Of a stretch of DNA of 64,000 bases, positions 48,111 through 61,800 are shown in pieces. The translations under genes were made by a program, and so were the position numbers. The stretch comes from Klebsormidium nitens. Taxonomy: Eukaryota > Plantae > Klebsormidiophyceae. Below the pieces are notes generated by a model. That model had not been told where the DNA came from. It saw only the letters and a program-made list of their open reading frames with translations, and did no database searches. Location of the stretch: the NCBI GenBank assembly GCA_000708835.1, contig DF237018.1:1-64000 (forward strand), written 5' to 3'. Position 1 is the stretch's first letter; each line of letters starts with the position of its first letter.

Positions 48111-50309
48111 TCATTCATATGACAGGTTGCCGCGCCAAGACATCGAAAGGTACTGCAGTGGCTTACTCGAGCAACTCGTTTTGACGAAGACAGTACTTCG
48201 TGAATAAAGTACGAGACTCTGGCCGCCGTGACATTGGTCAGCTCCCACAGACTCGATTCTCCACAGACCATTCTCTTGCAATGCCCGCAGCTGCACCACG
48301 TTGTTCACCACAATCTGGCAGACTCCCTTTTTCCTTCCACGCTTTCCGCTCCCTTGGTTGACTTCTCGCTCGAAGGACACTTCCTTCGCAGGGGTATGGC
48401 GCTGTCCGCCTTTCCCTGCTTGGCAGCGCGACTTGTGCCCTTCCTTCCAGGCGAACTTTTGGCAATCTGCAACACCCACGGCGACCAATCAGACTACTCC
48501 TTCCTTCACTAAGTGAATCTTTCGGTTGCCCCCCAAACTGAACCTCCCCACATCAAGACTATCATAGCCTGTTATCCTCGAGCGTATTGAAAGTTCTGGG
48601 GTCAATGCAGAAGATAATCAGGAGAGTAAGACAGTGCTTAAGATGAAAGTTCAAGAGACTGAAAAGCTTCGGGTCTAGAGGCTTACTTTCCAAGCTTACT
48701 GTCTTCGATGCTTACTTTCGGCAGAGAGACCAGAAGCAACAAAAAGCTTAACTTGCAGACCTCTAGTAGACTTTGTGATGAGTCTTTGATACAAGCTCGA
48801 AGGCCTTACCTCTGGAGCAATAAACCGCCAGACGACACCCGCTGCAGACCTTGAACTCGCACGAGATAGACTCCACATTTGAGCAGCCTGCGCGAGAGCA
48901 TTTTCTGCAGGGCCTCTCGTGTGCCTTCATGTCCCTCTCTGGTATGTACGACACGCGTAATCTTTCCACGTGGTTGAGCGGAGTGTCGATGGTGTTCTGA
49001 AAGAAAGTAGCCGAAGCATCCTGGTCCTGAGAAATTTCCTGTAAGGGTCCGTCGCTTTCATCAGCTGCAAAAACCTGACGCAGCTGTTCCCTCCTTGCCA
49101 TCGCACTAGGACATGCGCGTACCAGTTGCTCCAGCTTCTCTTGCTCTACTGGCGTCACTACTTGTACGCCTGCTCTTCCAGAATCCTTTTGATACCCTCA
49201 TCCAGAAACGCAAGCAACAGGCAGACACGAAGCTTGGTTTCGCCGTCAAGATCTGGGCAGGCTGCTAATGCCAAGAGGGCCGGGACGAATTGCTTCACTT
49301 GTGCACTGGCTCTAAGCTCACTGAGCTTGTCTATCACTGCCATCGCTTGACCCTTCCTCATGATCGAACCCAAGAGATGAACGGCGATGTTGATCAGAAC
49401 TGCGGATTGAGTCTCCGCTAGAGTCCTCAAGACGAGCTTGATGATGTCATCCAGGTATTCCGAGAGATCGCACGCGGAAACTAGGTTGCTGAAGCAGTGG
49501 AGAGTACAGTCCACCATTCGGCTCGAAAACTCTGTTCCAGCCATGCAGTCCTGCAAAATCTGATGGAGGAGGACTTTTCGCCTGATCAACTGCTCCTTAC
49601 TTCGACAAGAGTGACTAGCAAGGGAATTTAGCGCGGAGATACTGAAAGCCCTGACGTCATCTCTCAGAAGATTCAAGTAAGCAGACTCCGGTACCAGGGT
49701 TGAGTCTTTGACGAGAGATACCGCTGAAAGGGAATTAAAGTAGGCTCCTTCGAGGATCGAGATAAGGTCAGGGATGCCCTTCAGGACGAAACGTGCTGTT
49801 CGTGCGTCCAGGATGAGGACATGAAGCAGCCTGAAGCAGATGTCCACTTTTGACACCACGAAATGTTCTGCATAACGCATCTTATTCTGACTGCTGGTCT
49901 TCGGGAAGATGTAGAAGTCGCCTTCTGCCTGCGCTGCTTTCAGTATCCTGTGAACCTCATCCAGCATGCCCTGTTCCAGCACATAAGCTGCAAGACCCAC
50001 GCTGACCTCAGGTCCCTTGGTGACAACCATGCGGCTCAGAACTGCTCTGAATCGTAATAAGGCGAAGGCCCTTGCTTCACTGTCTTTGGACTGCACCTGT
50101 TTGAGAATATTGGAAAGCCATGCACTGCTTTCTGGCTTGCGCAGGTCTAGATCCACGTCCTCCTTCTCTGTTAGGCGCTTTTTCATCTCTTCCACACCGA
50201 GCTTTGAGAAACTTTTCGGCAAGATCCTTGGCTGCAAAGGCTTCACGGCATCAGCACGACTCTCACCCCTTGGTTTGCTGGCGCCGCCGGTGGGATCCAT
50301 TCTGTTCAT
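48111..50309 (-). CDS. MYND zinc-finger protein with ARM-like helical N-terminus; reading frame broken at about 49158-49200 (pseudogene or assembly indel)
   Basis: A 383-aa helical ORF ends TAG at 49158-49160. A second frame continues (VTPVEQEKLEQ...) to CSRAGC...FKVCSGCRLAVYCSR|DCQKFAWKEGHKSRC, a complete MYND signature spliced across an intron at about 48463-48808. Confidence 0.65.
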
Positions 50310-52865
50310 TCTGCAACGCTTGCTGAGCGCTGAGTAGCAGGCGCAGATGCTGTTTCAATCTTGTTTCGAAATTACTTGCAATCAACAGTGTCCTTCTGAG
50401 TTACCGTCCGAGTTCAAGACGCGCGCTCCGTCGAACGCGCACGAGCGCACACCGCCCGGCTCTCAGGCAGCAACCGACGCGGCCGCGAGCGCAGCACAGT
50501 GTGGAAAAAGTACCGCGCGCTGCGGCGCTGGCACGCGCGGCTTCCTACTGTAGCTGGAGCGCACCACGTCGCAATCCTCATTTGTCCTAGTGCGTGTTCG
50601 GGTCCCCTTCAAGTTGCGGACAACTGCAGTTGACGGAGCCTGATCTGATGCTTGCCGCCCAACATGCCTGGATCCAGCCTTCTCCGGGTGATGACGTCGT
50701 TCCCTGTTTCCTGCTGTGATCGAGTCCCACTTTGAATTCTGCTTCGAGAACACGATAAGAGACGGGTTTGTGGCCGACGCAAGTTGAAATTATTCAGCAA
50801 TCGTCTGACTTGTCCGTCGATCTCAAGACCCTGTCTCAAGGAGTATTGCTGGCGCTGAGTCGTCGCGCTTCATTGCCGAGTGCAAGATCATACAATTGGT
50901 TTGTACTGCAACCTGCTTCGAAAACGCGAAACGAACGGAACGGAATAAACCACCTGCAGACACTGCAGACTAGCTGAAGTCCCAAAACTAGCTAGGGTCC
51001 CAAAACTCGGATCTCCGACGACATGGGTTTAGAACCACAGGATTCCGCAAAACCCGAGCGTGGAAAACGATTGGAAAATGGAAGCAAGTAAAGCTCGGTG
51101 AACCTGATACAATCTAGAACTTTGATCGAAAGAGGATGCTCAAATAGAAGCTGAAAGAGGCATTTGAGCATTGTCCTTTGCGAAGCAGGACAGGCTTCCT
51201 CTGGCGACGCCACATTTCCCGAGAACGTCTGAGTCCGCCATCTGTAGAATCGGGTAACGGTGACATGGGCCACGAAACAAAGTTGCATGTGCGCGGTCAT
51301 TGAAAGCGTTTGCAAGCTCTCATAACAGCGGCAGTCTGAGATGAAGTACCTCGATATCAGCTGAAAGTTATTTGGTGTCTAACTTTGACTCGATCGCCCG
51401 AGACCGATTTTGAGCAGTAGGACAATACAGACTGTGGGGCAAATACTAGAAACTCATGAGGGGATAAGAATACTAAGAATGGCAGTGGCCCTATCGCCTT
51501 CTTATCGTGTCGGATCAGAACACGTATGGACAAAAGAAAGCTGCAAGGACTTTTTCTAAGTAAGAATACAGGTATGAAGTTCATTTCTGTTTTTAGCCCT
51601 GCTCATCTTATTCCGGATATGTTGCTCTACCTAGTCGGAGCCCATTCAAGGTCGACCTTCGATAGTCTCTGGCTGAGGTGCGGGCTGATTCTGTTAGACA
51701 TCCTGCCAGCGACGTGGATGCACGTGTCAAATCTCTGGTTCTTTCTGACCGATCTCAACCCTTTTGTCACAGGTTTCATGAGAACACCTTTCTCCTGCCT
51801 CCAATTTGAGAAACTGTTTGTCAATGGCCGCCTCGGGGCAGCCATGAATCATTTGAACCCGGGGGCATCTAGCTGCATCAGAGGCTAACGCCCCTTGCGA
51901 ATGATTATATGCTACTACATACCTCATCATCTCATGACATTTTGCGTACGCATATAGAAGGAACGATCATTGCTTGTTGCCGTCCGACCCACCCATCATT
52001 ACAATGTGTACACTGATCAAGGGCATTGCCAAGCCCTTACGTGACGTTGAGCTTTGATCGAGCCGGGAAAGTTGAAAGCCAACTACGTACGTACTGACTC
52101 AAGTGTACGGATTCGACCATCTCACTAGCTAGCTAGGACTCATTGCCAAGTTTTGATCAGCCAGAGCAGATCACTCGGAATCAAGTTTTATAGCTATAAC
52201 CAGCTCGACTCGGGTATGTGCATAACGGATTGGACTTTCATTAAAGTGCATGCATATGACGGTCCGTCGGATCGAATTTATTACATCACACTGTGCAGGC
52301 GGCCGCTGAAACATCATCTTAGGCCACTGCAGAGTGAAACTGCAACCATGGCAACACCGTGACTGCTGAACTTGCGTACGCAGTATACCTATGCATGTGA
52401 ACTTACCAGCTTAACCCTCTGCTGCCACTGCATGATGAGGCCGGCGCACGCCAGGCATGAGCATTAACGTCATACTTTCTTGAACAGTACCACGTGCGTC
52501 GGACTTGGTGTTTGCTTTCCGATTTCACGTCCACCTGCCAGCATTTCGATTCTATCCAATGACTCTCCGTTGTTGTCCTTGACCTATGGTACAACAGCTT
52601 CCTATTATATAAAGTCGAACGTTTAGGACGACCCTTACTATGATGAGCAGGCTAACTATTGCCTCGGCTCTTTTTCCAGGATAAGTTACACAAGAAAAGA
52701 TGAGTAACACCTCTCGAAGCTGCTGCCGAACCAACCATTCGTTCTACACCTTTGCCGCTGGGTAGCTTCTTTGATCCACAACCTGCATGCAGCCAATACG
52801 GCTTCCTACCTTGCTCTTTGTTAAGTTCCTATATGCCCATACCTTTCGACATCCGCGCTTCCGCA

Positions 52866-55800
52866 TCAGAACGGTTTCCGCCCCGAGGCCGGAACACTCG
52901 TTCGAGGTGCAATGCCAGGGTTTGGTTTTTTCACCCCTTGAACCCCCACCTTGTCCGCACCTATACTTCCGGACTTGACTAGACCCGCTACTGACCCTAT
53001 TTTACTGGAGCCATCACCGGCCTTTGCCGACGCATCAGCCGCGGTTCCCCCCGCGCCCGCGGCTGACGAACTTATTGGCGTGGTCGTGACTTTTACGCTA
53101 GACGACCCAAAACCGAACCTGGGCTGCGCAGGTTTCGCGGCTTTAGGCGAGCCGGCCGCCACACCCCCGGACGTACTTGCTGTCGCAGCTAGCCCTGCCT
53201 TGCTCGAACCTGTGCTCGCCGTTTTCGCAACAGGGCTACTCAGCGAAACGCCTGCCGACACCGAAGCCTTTCCACCAGAGTTTGTCTGACCGGGGGACTG
53301 CCCGGTAGCTAATCTGCCGGCCGCGATGCTTGGCCCGTTTGACTGGTGGAAAGACGAAGAGCCGCCCAGATTAGGCGGGGGTTGCCCGGCACTGGGCAGA
53401 GAATTCGATCGCCGGGCGATGGGTGACGTGGGCGATTGGCCGTTTGAGACCGGGGCGGAAGCTGTGGCTGACGTCGGAAGAGGTCCGCTGGCGCTCAACC
53501 GGCTGTTGACGGCGGAAGCGGAAGGCGGGCTGGACGGAAACGGAATGGCGGCGCTGACGGAGGAAGCGCGGGTGGGCGGGGTGGGAAGGGGGGGCTTGGA
53601 GGACTGCGAAGCAGAGGTAACGACGTCAGGGGAAAAAGAAGTTCCGGACGAAAAGAAGCTTCTCTCTCAGCGTACACAGAAAAGTCTGGCGGCGCACAGC
53701 TTCGTGCTCAACTGACGAATCAATCAAGGTAGGTCTGGTGCTCTTCTTAGGACTCTCCATCCTTTTTCAGCCAACTTCACTATACCAGATGTCGAGCTAG
53801 ATAGGTTGCACTCACGGGATGCTGACTTTACAAAGTAATGTGCAGAGAGAGGATTTATGCTGATGCAGCTAAGAATGCAAGTGGCGTGTCCAGTCGAGAG
53901 AGCCGTACCGGCGCTCGTTGTGCAGACGCCGCGATGGGCCAGGGCGACCCCGGCTGCACGTCCGCCGACGCCGCCCTTCCCCGCCCGGGCTTCTCCCCCG
54001 GCCGCTCCTTTGCTGACGTCCGCACCGTCAGATTGCCCAGCGCTGCTGACGACAGCGCCACCATAGCCGCCTGGTCCAGCGATCCCTGGCTCCTTTGCAC
54101 GGCGTATTTGGACACCGGAGATGCGACCTCCCCCGAGGACGACCGGCTCAGGCTGTTGCTGGGCGCGCGCCCCATCGCGCGCGCACCGTTGGCTGCGCGC
54201 CCGTGCGCGCCGCGGCGGCTGCGGCTGCTGCGCGTCGGCGACGTCGCGCGCGCGGCCGCCGTCGTCGAGGCGCGTCTTCTCGTCCTGCTCTTCTTTCGAG
54301 NGCGTCGNNNNNNNNNNNNNNNNNNNNTTCTACGGTCCCTGCTCNCCTTTCCGAGAGCGCGGCCCCGACTCCTCCTCCTCGCGCTTCAGGTCGACGGCGT
54401 CGGCCTCGAGCTGCGTACGGGAAGAGCGGCGGGTGAGCATGAGCGGTTCGAGGCGGCATTCAGACCGCGAGTAGCGCGGGCTCCTTTCCGTAGTATCTTA
54501 GGCAGTCGTTCAGCCAACGGCTCAGAAGCAATACTGCAGATCTCTAAAGAGGGGTTATTTGGCCACAAACAAAGTTGACGCTTGTAAATCAGTTGCAGAC
54601 CCGCTGTCTGCAGCTACCAAGAGATGTCCACCACTCAAAGCAAGTGGCTGTACTTCGTGCGTTTGGGCGACATACTTCCTTCCCGCTTCTTATGAGTACA
54701 CTTCACGCATGGCCGTCTCTCGCGCGCTCACCTGCGCCGGCACGCTCCCCGTGGTGGGCATGGCTCCGATGCACCGCACGGTCACCTTTTTCAACTCGTC
54801 GGCAACCGCGCGCGCGGCCGCGCTCACGGCCGCGTCGGCGTCGTTCATGCGCTGGCTGGTCGCCATGTTGAGCCGCTCCAGGACGGCCACGTCATCGGGC
54901 AGCCGGATGGCGGACTTGAGCGCGGGGAGGAACGCGCACGCGCGCGCGCGCACGCATACTACAGGATCCTGCATGTGAGAAGGAGAGCGATCCCTGTCAC
55001 TGTGTGCTGATGTCAACAGAATGCTCAGGCTGAGCCTAAACATTAAGCTTTCAGCAGGGTTACGATGAACCAGACGACATCTTAACAGTATCACAGACCG
55101 CCGACCGTCATGGCGCATCCAAAGTGGAGAGCTCAACGTTGGACTGATCTTGGATGTCTCGCAACCCTATCGTAGAAGACTTTTCCCCGTAACGAGAGGT
55201 CAGCCCTTACCTGCAGCAGATCTACCGCGGCGTGCAGAAAATAGTCCCTAAAAAGGCGCGTGCTGGCCACCTTTCGGCAGGCCGCGCAAAAGTCGAGGAA
55301 CAGAATGCGCTGGGACGCGCTCCCGCCCTCGGCAAACTCGCGCACAAGGCGCTGCGCGATGTCCGCGCTCTGGACGGCGCGTTTGTTGTGGCGCATCAGG
55401 GACGCGAGCGCGGCCGCGGCCGACGCGCGCACGGGCGCGGCGCCAACTTCAAGGAGTTGGAAGCAGAGCGGGATGAACTGCTCCCAGATCTGGGCGCTGC
55501 TGAAGTAGAGCTGCAGCGGAGGGAGGAGAGGGCTGTGGATTCTGAGGTTTGATCTCAATGGAAAGGCGACAGCGTACTGATGCTGTCCCGGCTGATCCAC
55601 TTGTCGTTCTTCAAATCAATCGAGCACAAACGGGTGGGTAAGACAAGCCGCCGAGATGTGGAAGGAAGCAAGGGCTGCATTTGTGGAAAAAGTAGTCACA
55701 GAAGCTGCCCGTACAATACAGAACACCATCTGTTCGAGGCTCTCAAATTGGAACTCTGCTTCGGATAGAACAGGATGAGTTCGGGATGGGTGGAGGGGTT

Positions 55801-58800
55801 CGTAGACGAAAAGAGCTTTGGAAGTCGTTAGCATACCGCCTTCAATCCAAAACCCGCCGTCGCTCACGGTACTTCCGAACCTGATTCAGCGAGCATCTTT
55901 CGGAAGCAACAATGTCAACCCCCAATACGCTCAGCCTTGTCGAACCTCTCACATGGAAGCTGGCGGCGGCGTCCATGAACGCTTTGTGCGCGCGCCACGC
56001 GTGCCCCGCGGTGTGCATGGCCTGCTGCAGCGCGGGCACGAACGCGCCGTAGATCGCGGTGCGCTGCGTCACGTTCGCGATCGCAAAGTGCGCCATGGCC
56101 ACGCCCAGGTTGGGCAGAAGCGCGCTTAGGACGTCGGGACTCGAGTCGCGCAGGAGAAGAAGGTACGGCTCGCGCAAGTACTGGGCGCTGCGCTCGGGGC
56201 CGAGGACGGCCATCACCTGAGCGAGTAGTGAATCCGTGTCGAGAATACTGTTTCGGGTCGTGGACATTCTCTGTTCTTGCCTAGGTCCTGAATATGCAGT
56301 GCATAACGAAAGGTAAACATTGAGCGTAAAGGAATCGGCTGTGTTCATGACGACGCGAGAAAGGAAAATGTCGCGGCTTTGTTGAGGGCAGGTTGTCCCT
56401 CGTGTCGTTCCTGTTTCGTGCTTTACCGGTAAACGTCGCAAGTCAAGCCACCTGCCTTCCTCATAAGTTGATGTTGGGAAACGTAGATTGTATCTTGTAA
56501 GCTTGCCAAGAGCGCAAGTGTGCTCGCGCTCACTTCGTGCAGGCCGGCGGCGATGGTTTTCCGCACACGCGCGCAGGGGTCCTGTGCCAGGTGCATCAGC
56601 GTGGGGTGCACGTGCAGGGCGTACCGCCGTGCTGACATCACCTTGGCCACGCCCGGCAGGTTCCACGCACACACCTGCGAGGAACGCCAGCCGGCCTTCG
56701 TAATCGTGCGGCAGATTGAACGGCAAAGCAAGCCCCTTTACGATGCGCACGGCATGTTGCTCGCCGAAACGCCCCTAGGTGACTTGAAAGGGCAGAGTTG
56801 GCTGCCTGATAACTAGAACGAGTAAAGACGAGTTCCTGGGTTTGGTACCGCGCCTTCGAGGCCCTGACTTGAACGCCGAAAATCTGACCCGATGAGAAGC
56901 ACGCACGACGCGCGTCATGTTTTACCCATCGTACCGATCCTGAGAAGCTCGACGCAAGTAACCAACGCCCGTGCCTGACGGTATTGAATAGCATCTGCTA
57001 AATCCTGTACTCACAACATGGTGATAAGGTACGGGCATACCGACGGGTCGCACCGAAACAATGCAGCCCAGACTGAGTAGGACAACTCTTTTGCGGTGCC
57101 CGCTTACCTGTCGGGTGTCGTCGCTGGGCTTCCTGGCCATGGTCTTGTACGCGTCTGCGGCAGCCTGCAGCTCCTCCTCGCCCACCTCGCCACTCAGCTG
57201 CGAACAGACGCTAACGAAGATTCGCGACTGAAGCCCGGTTGCTACTTGTTTGGTTCCTCTTACAAATCTTACATGTAGAGAGAATTGTTTGTCTATATTG
57301 TCGGCTGTGAGAGTACGGAGAACGTTTTCTGCGCTCTACATCTGCCGCTCTGCAGTAACGACCACGTCTGGTTGGGGCATGCGGACAAGTGAAGCAGGGA
57401 CTTCATTGTCAAACAGCTCCTAACACCAAACCCCCTTGACGAAAGTTCTCCCCGAACTTGGCCGGAGGCATGAGTGTATACACTGCACGCACTAGGAAGA
57501 CAGGGCGTTGCGTAATATCTTGGCTGACTCGCTCTTTCGTCAAACGCACCACTCCCGGGAGCCGTTCGTTTGAGTGCTAACCTTCCAGAGCATCTCCCCA
57601 AAGAGCCGTGCGAACGCGGGGAGAAGGGGCGGGTCCGTCAGCGCGCAGAGCCTGCAACAAACGCATGTGTATACTTCAGTAAGAAGAGCTCGGGGCACGA
57701 TCAGAGACGAACGGTAAGAAGTCCCATCGCAGGAGCCTAAACCATCCTGTCAACTGTCTTGACAGCGCGGAAAAACACCCCCACTAATTCATTCCAGATC
57801 CCGCTCATGGCTGTTGGACGGAGAGGTGACATCGAGAAAGCGGGTTAGAGCGAACCTTTGACAGTGCTTTAAAATCTGCAAACAGTAGTCCACAAGTTCC
57901 ACGCCTTCGCTTGGAGAAACGAACAGATACGAATGGTGGGCTGAAGCTAAGGGAGGCTAAGGGACTCCAAAAGAAAGGGCTGTGTACTTGTTGCCCGGGG
58001 TCAATATCAGACTGCCACTCTTCCTTGGCCTCTCTCAAGTCCCCCTTTCAAGCCGGATGCTCTCCGTACAACACGATTAGCATCCTGAAAAGTGGGCCTA
58101 AATCAAACCGTCCGGATTTTGCCTGCGAGCATCTGTATGAACAATCGGCACAGATTCATTTGTCTTCTCTTCTCTGAGATCCGCCTAAGACTCCGCGGAA
58201 CCACCTGAATAAGGGTGCGCGGCACAACCTACAAAACTTTTCCATTGGCAACAGCTCAGGAATTCAACAAGCGTCTAACCACCCACCCCTTGAAGAGCGG
58301 CACGCCTTTCTGTTTGCGCACGTCCTTGGGCAGCCCGTCCAGCATGCCCGTCAGCGTCTCCGCGGCCGCGGCGCGCACCGTCGCCTGCTCGTCCTCCAGC
58401 AGCTCCAGCAGCTCGGGGACGACGCCGCCCGCGCACTCCTCGGGGCGAACCCCGCGCGCCACCGCGCCCAGCTGGCAACACATCGCGCACCGCACAGAGG
58501 CGTCCGTGTCCTGGGAAGAAAGGAGGCGAGTGTTACAGCTTCCTCCGAGCAGCCTGCCAATTCTAGTAAAAATGGTGGTGTAACTTAGTCAGTCTGTTGC
58601 TATGTGAAATTAGTCAAAATTAGATGACACTAAAACTGGCAGGATGGTCGGGAGAAGCTGTAGATTGGATGGAGGGAGAAGACGGACTGCCGGGCAACCA
58701 TCGCGAGCCCCTTTGGCTACAAAACCTGGAAGTCGACGGCTAACTCTGCTGGAAAGAGGAACCCGATCGATTTAGTGAACTGCAACGGCCAATGAACAGC

Positions 58801-61800
58801 AACGGAGAAGGTAGAGTTAGTTAGGGGGCTAGGGTGGGTACGGGTGCGGAACAGTTGATCGTTTGGATTGGGGTTTCCAGTGACCCCAAAAGGCTTCCTG
58901 TTCGCTGGGCTTAGTGTTCCCCTAGATCGAGAAATACGGAAAGAGGGAGTGTCAGGACGGATGGAGGGAGAACAAGGACTTCCGGGCAACCTCGCGAGCG
59001 CCCTCGGCTACAGAAATAGGGAATTGATGGCTAACTCTGCTGGAGACCTTTTCGGACCGTCGAGTTGAAGGGTCATGGTCGAGGGGGGTCATCAGAAGTG
59101 ACAGGCCGCGGGTCCGCGTTCTCTTTCCATCCGTTCTGTCAACTTGCACGAAGGGCGAGCTCTCAGGAATTTCGAGTATCAAATCAGATGCAAACCGATT
59201 TGACCTGGGAAACTCTCTAGCCAGATTGATTAGATTGAAACTTTCAGGGCGTCGAGTAGGAACACAAAAAGGCCAGGAATCGACCGTAGTAGAGAACGGA
59301 CCAGCAGTGCCGCCCAGTGCGCCAGAAAATTGAAACTCGTGTCGGCGCGCAAGCTGGGAAAGAGTACTCGATCTTTCAAAGGGAAAGTCTCGAAAGCGGA
59401 CCGTTCGTCTAGTCCGCATCGCCTATCTTGCGAAAGTCCTGGCGTGCTTGACCTGACCTAAGCATTCTCATTTTGAAAAACCAGAGAAAGGGTCCTGGCG
59501 CACAAAGTGACGCTTTGCGGGAGCCGACATAGGTGTTGTTCTGCGAATATCGAATACGCATGAGAGTGGTCGAGCAAACGGAGACGCGCGCACCTGGCAG
59601 AGCGCGGTAGTTTTCTTGAGCAGCGCCGCCTGCAGGTCCCGCGTGTCCAGCACACCGACCGCCGCGATGCTGCCCAGCAGCGTGGCGCACAACGCGCGCG
59701 CCAGGGGGGGCTCCTCCACGCGCCCTTTCGCCAGGGCGAACGCCAGCAACTCCTCGCGCACAATCTGCGGACAAATGGGCCCATTGTCATGGTTCTATGG
59801 AGGGGACGCACAGAGAGTCGGTACAAGAGAGGATCGAAGCGGAACAACCAGTGGAAAGGGCCCAAAGATTGTAGGATAGGCCGTTTGCTCCGAACGACGA
59901 CGTTCGGAAATGCTGGTAATATGGAGTGGGTGGGAATAGAGGCGCTTGCTTCGTTGGTCGAAGCTGCCAGACGTGATCCAGGCGGTGTGGGAGCTAGGCA
60001 ACGGGGTGCTTTAACGTCGAGGTTACTTATAACCGAAAGCACGGTTTCCAAGATGCCTTTCAGGATGCACAATTAAGCAGTCCTTGGGTCGAACCTTGTA
60101 CCCGACGAGGCCTGGCCAGCTACAAATGGAGCGGCAAGTCTTTTCTGACCCCCAATGTCCGCGAACAATCGTGCTAGGCAGCTCAAATCACTCAGCCAAA
60201 AAATGGAGCGATCCAAACCCAGCCACGAAAGTAACCTCTGGACCTGCAAGTCGTCCCTCGTCTGTCTTCTGTATCTTGAGGCCATGCCAATTTGGAAACG
60301 CCCGGCCCGAATTCCCTTCAGCTTGTCCTCTTTGTCCCTCCAGCCTTTAAATTCAACACCAATATTCTTTAGAGACTCCAGTCATTCGGAGGCTCACCTT
60401 TGGCGGTAATTTCGGCAGCGCCGCGCACAGCACGGAGAGCCAGGCCTCGGTGACGGTGTCAGGGCGCGGCTGGCCCAGTATCTTCAGCATCAGTGGCAGA
60501 AGCAGGGATACCGACTCGCTGGCAACGGGCCCCTCGGAGATGGCCCGCTGAAGGGCCTCAGCGCAAGCAATCTGCACATATGACGAGAACGGCTCGACTC
60601 TTGGATCGAGCTAAGTTCTGGGCTGATTAGTCATCGCCATACTAGAGTCAGAACGATAGAATTCAACTTGGACACTAACACGAGGTCGAAGCACGGAGGT
60701 CCGTTATTTCTTCGTCGTCTTGGCTCAGAGTAACGCTGCACTAGGCCCGATTCGCACTACACACATAGGGCCACACAACAATAGTAAGCGCCGCTACTTG
60801 CTGCTTTACAGAGCTCCCTCAAGCACGTATTCGCCCACACACACAAACTGCCCAAAAGTGCTACGTCATACAAACCAGAGATGAGATCCGTACCTGCGCT
60901 GCCGGCTGCGCCTGATCCAAAAAGGTGGCCAGCGCGGGGGTCACCGCCAGTACGGCCGCCTTGCCGTGTTCTCTAAACAGCTGTGGCAGCTTCGTGATTG
61001 CGCACGACTGCTGCAGCGGGTGCGCCCCCGGCTGCAGGAACATCTTGGCGCGGTCCACATCGCTCAGAGACTCGTCAACGCTCAGGCGTGCCAGCTCATC
61101 GGCGATGCGCTGCTCCACAAGGACTGCCACTGCCATCTGCAATCGAGAGTCAAAGACCGGGTTAGTAAAGATGCAGGAACCTCGTGACTTGTCTACTGTG
61201 ACAAGTGCACCCTTCTTTAACTCACGTGAAGAGACTGTTTGGTTTATGGCGTAAGAAGCAAAGAGTGACAACAGTCTCTTGTGATTGCCACCACTGTCTG
61301 GTTAAGCACTGTTGCGCCAGTTTGAAGGCCGGTGTGGGGACCTGGAGAACCACAGATGCTGACAACCAAGTTCAGGGCTTAACTGCAAAGTAAGGGGATT
61401 TTGGCCTTTCTGGAGAGGCTCCTAGTGATACTTCTTGCGGTCAGGGGTGGCATTCAGACCGATAGACTCTGTCAAATCTGCTGTACATGGTTTTCAGCTA
61501 TGTTCCTGATCCCCGAACAGGTAAAGTTTTTTATAAGAGCCCTGCGTCATTTATGTCAAATGAGGGTGATTTGTGAGCGAGCTTTTTGCGGTCCCTCAGA
61601 GGACACCTTCGTGAAGTAATACGAGCTGGCCGCAGTTACAAGAAAATCTTGCCAATCATTCCAAACTCCGCCTAGAGTATGGATAACCTGACTTTAAGAT
61701 ATCGAGAATGTTTGGAAATGTCAGTGGCATCGGTCATTACTTCCCCGCTTTGCTAGGTTTGTGGGCGTTGATTAGCTGGCGCTGATTGCTTCGAGTAACC

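Noticed and set aside
49155-49165. Stop readthrough or programmed frameshift in the MYND locus
   Set aside because: The stop is TAG followed by TGA, the continuation is in another frame, and there is no X XXY YYZ slippery site.
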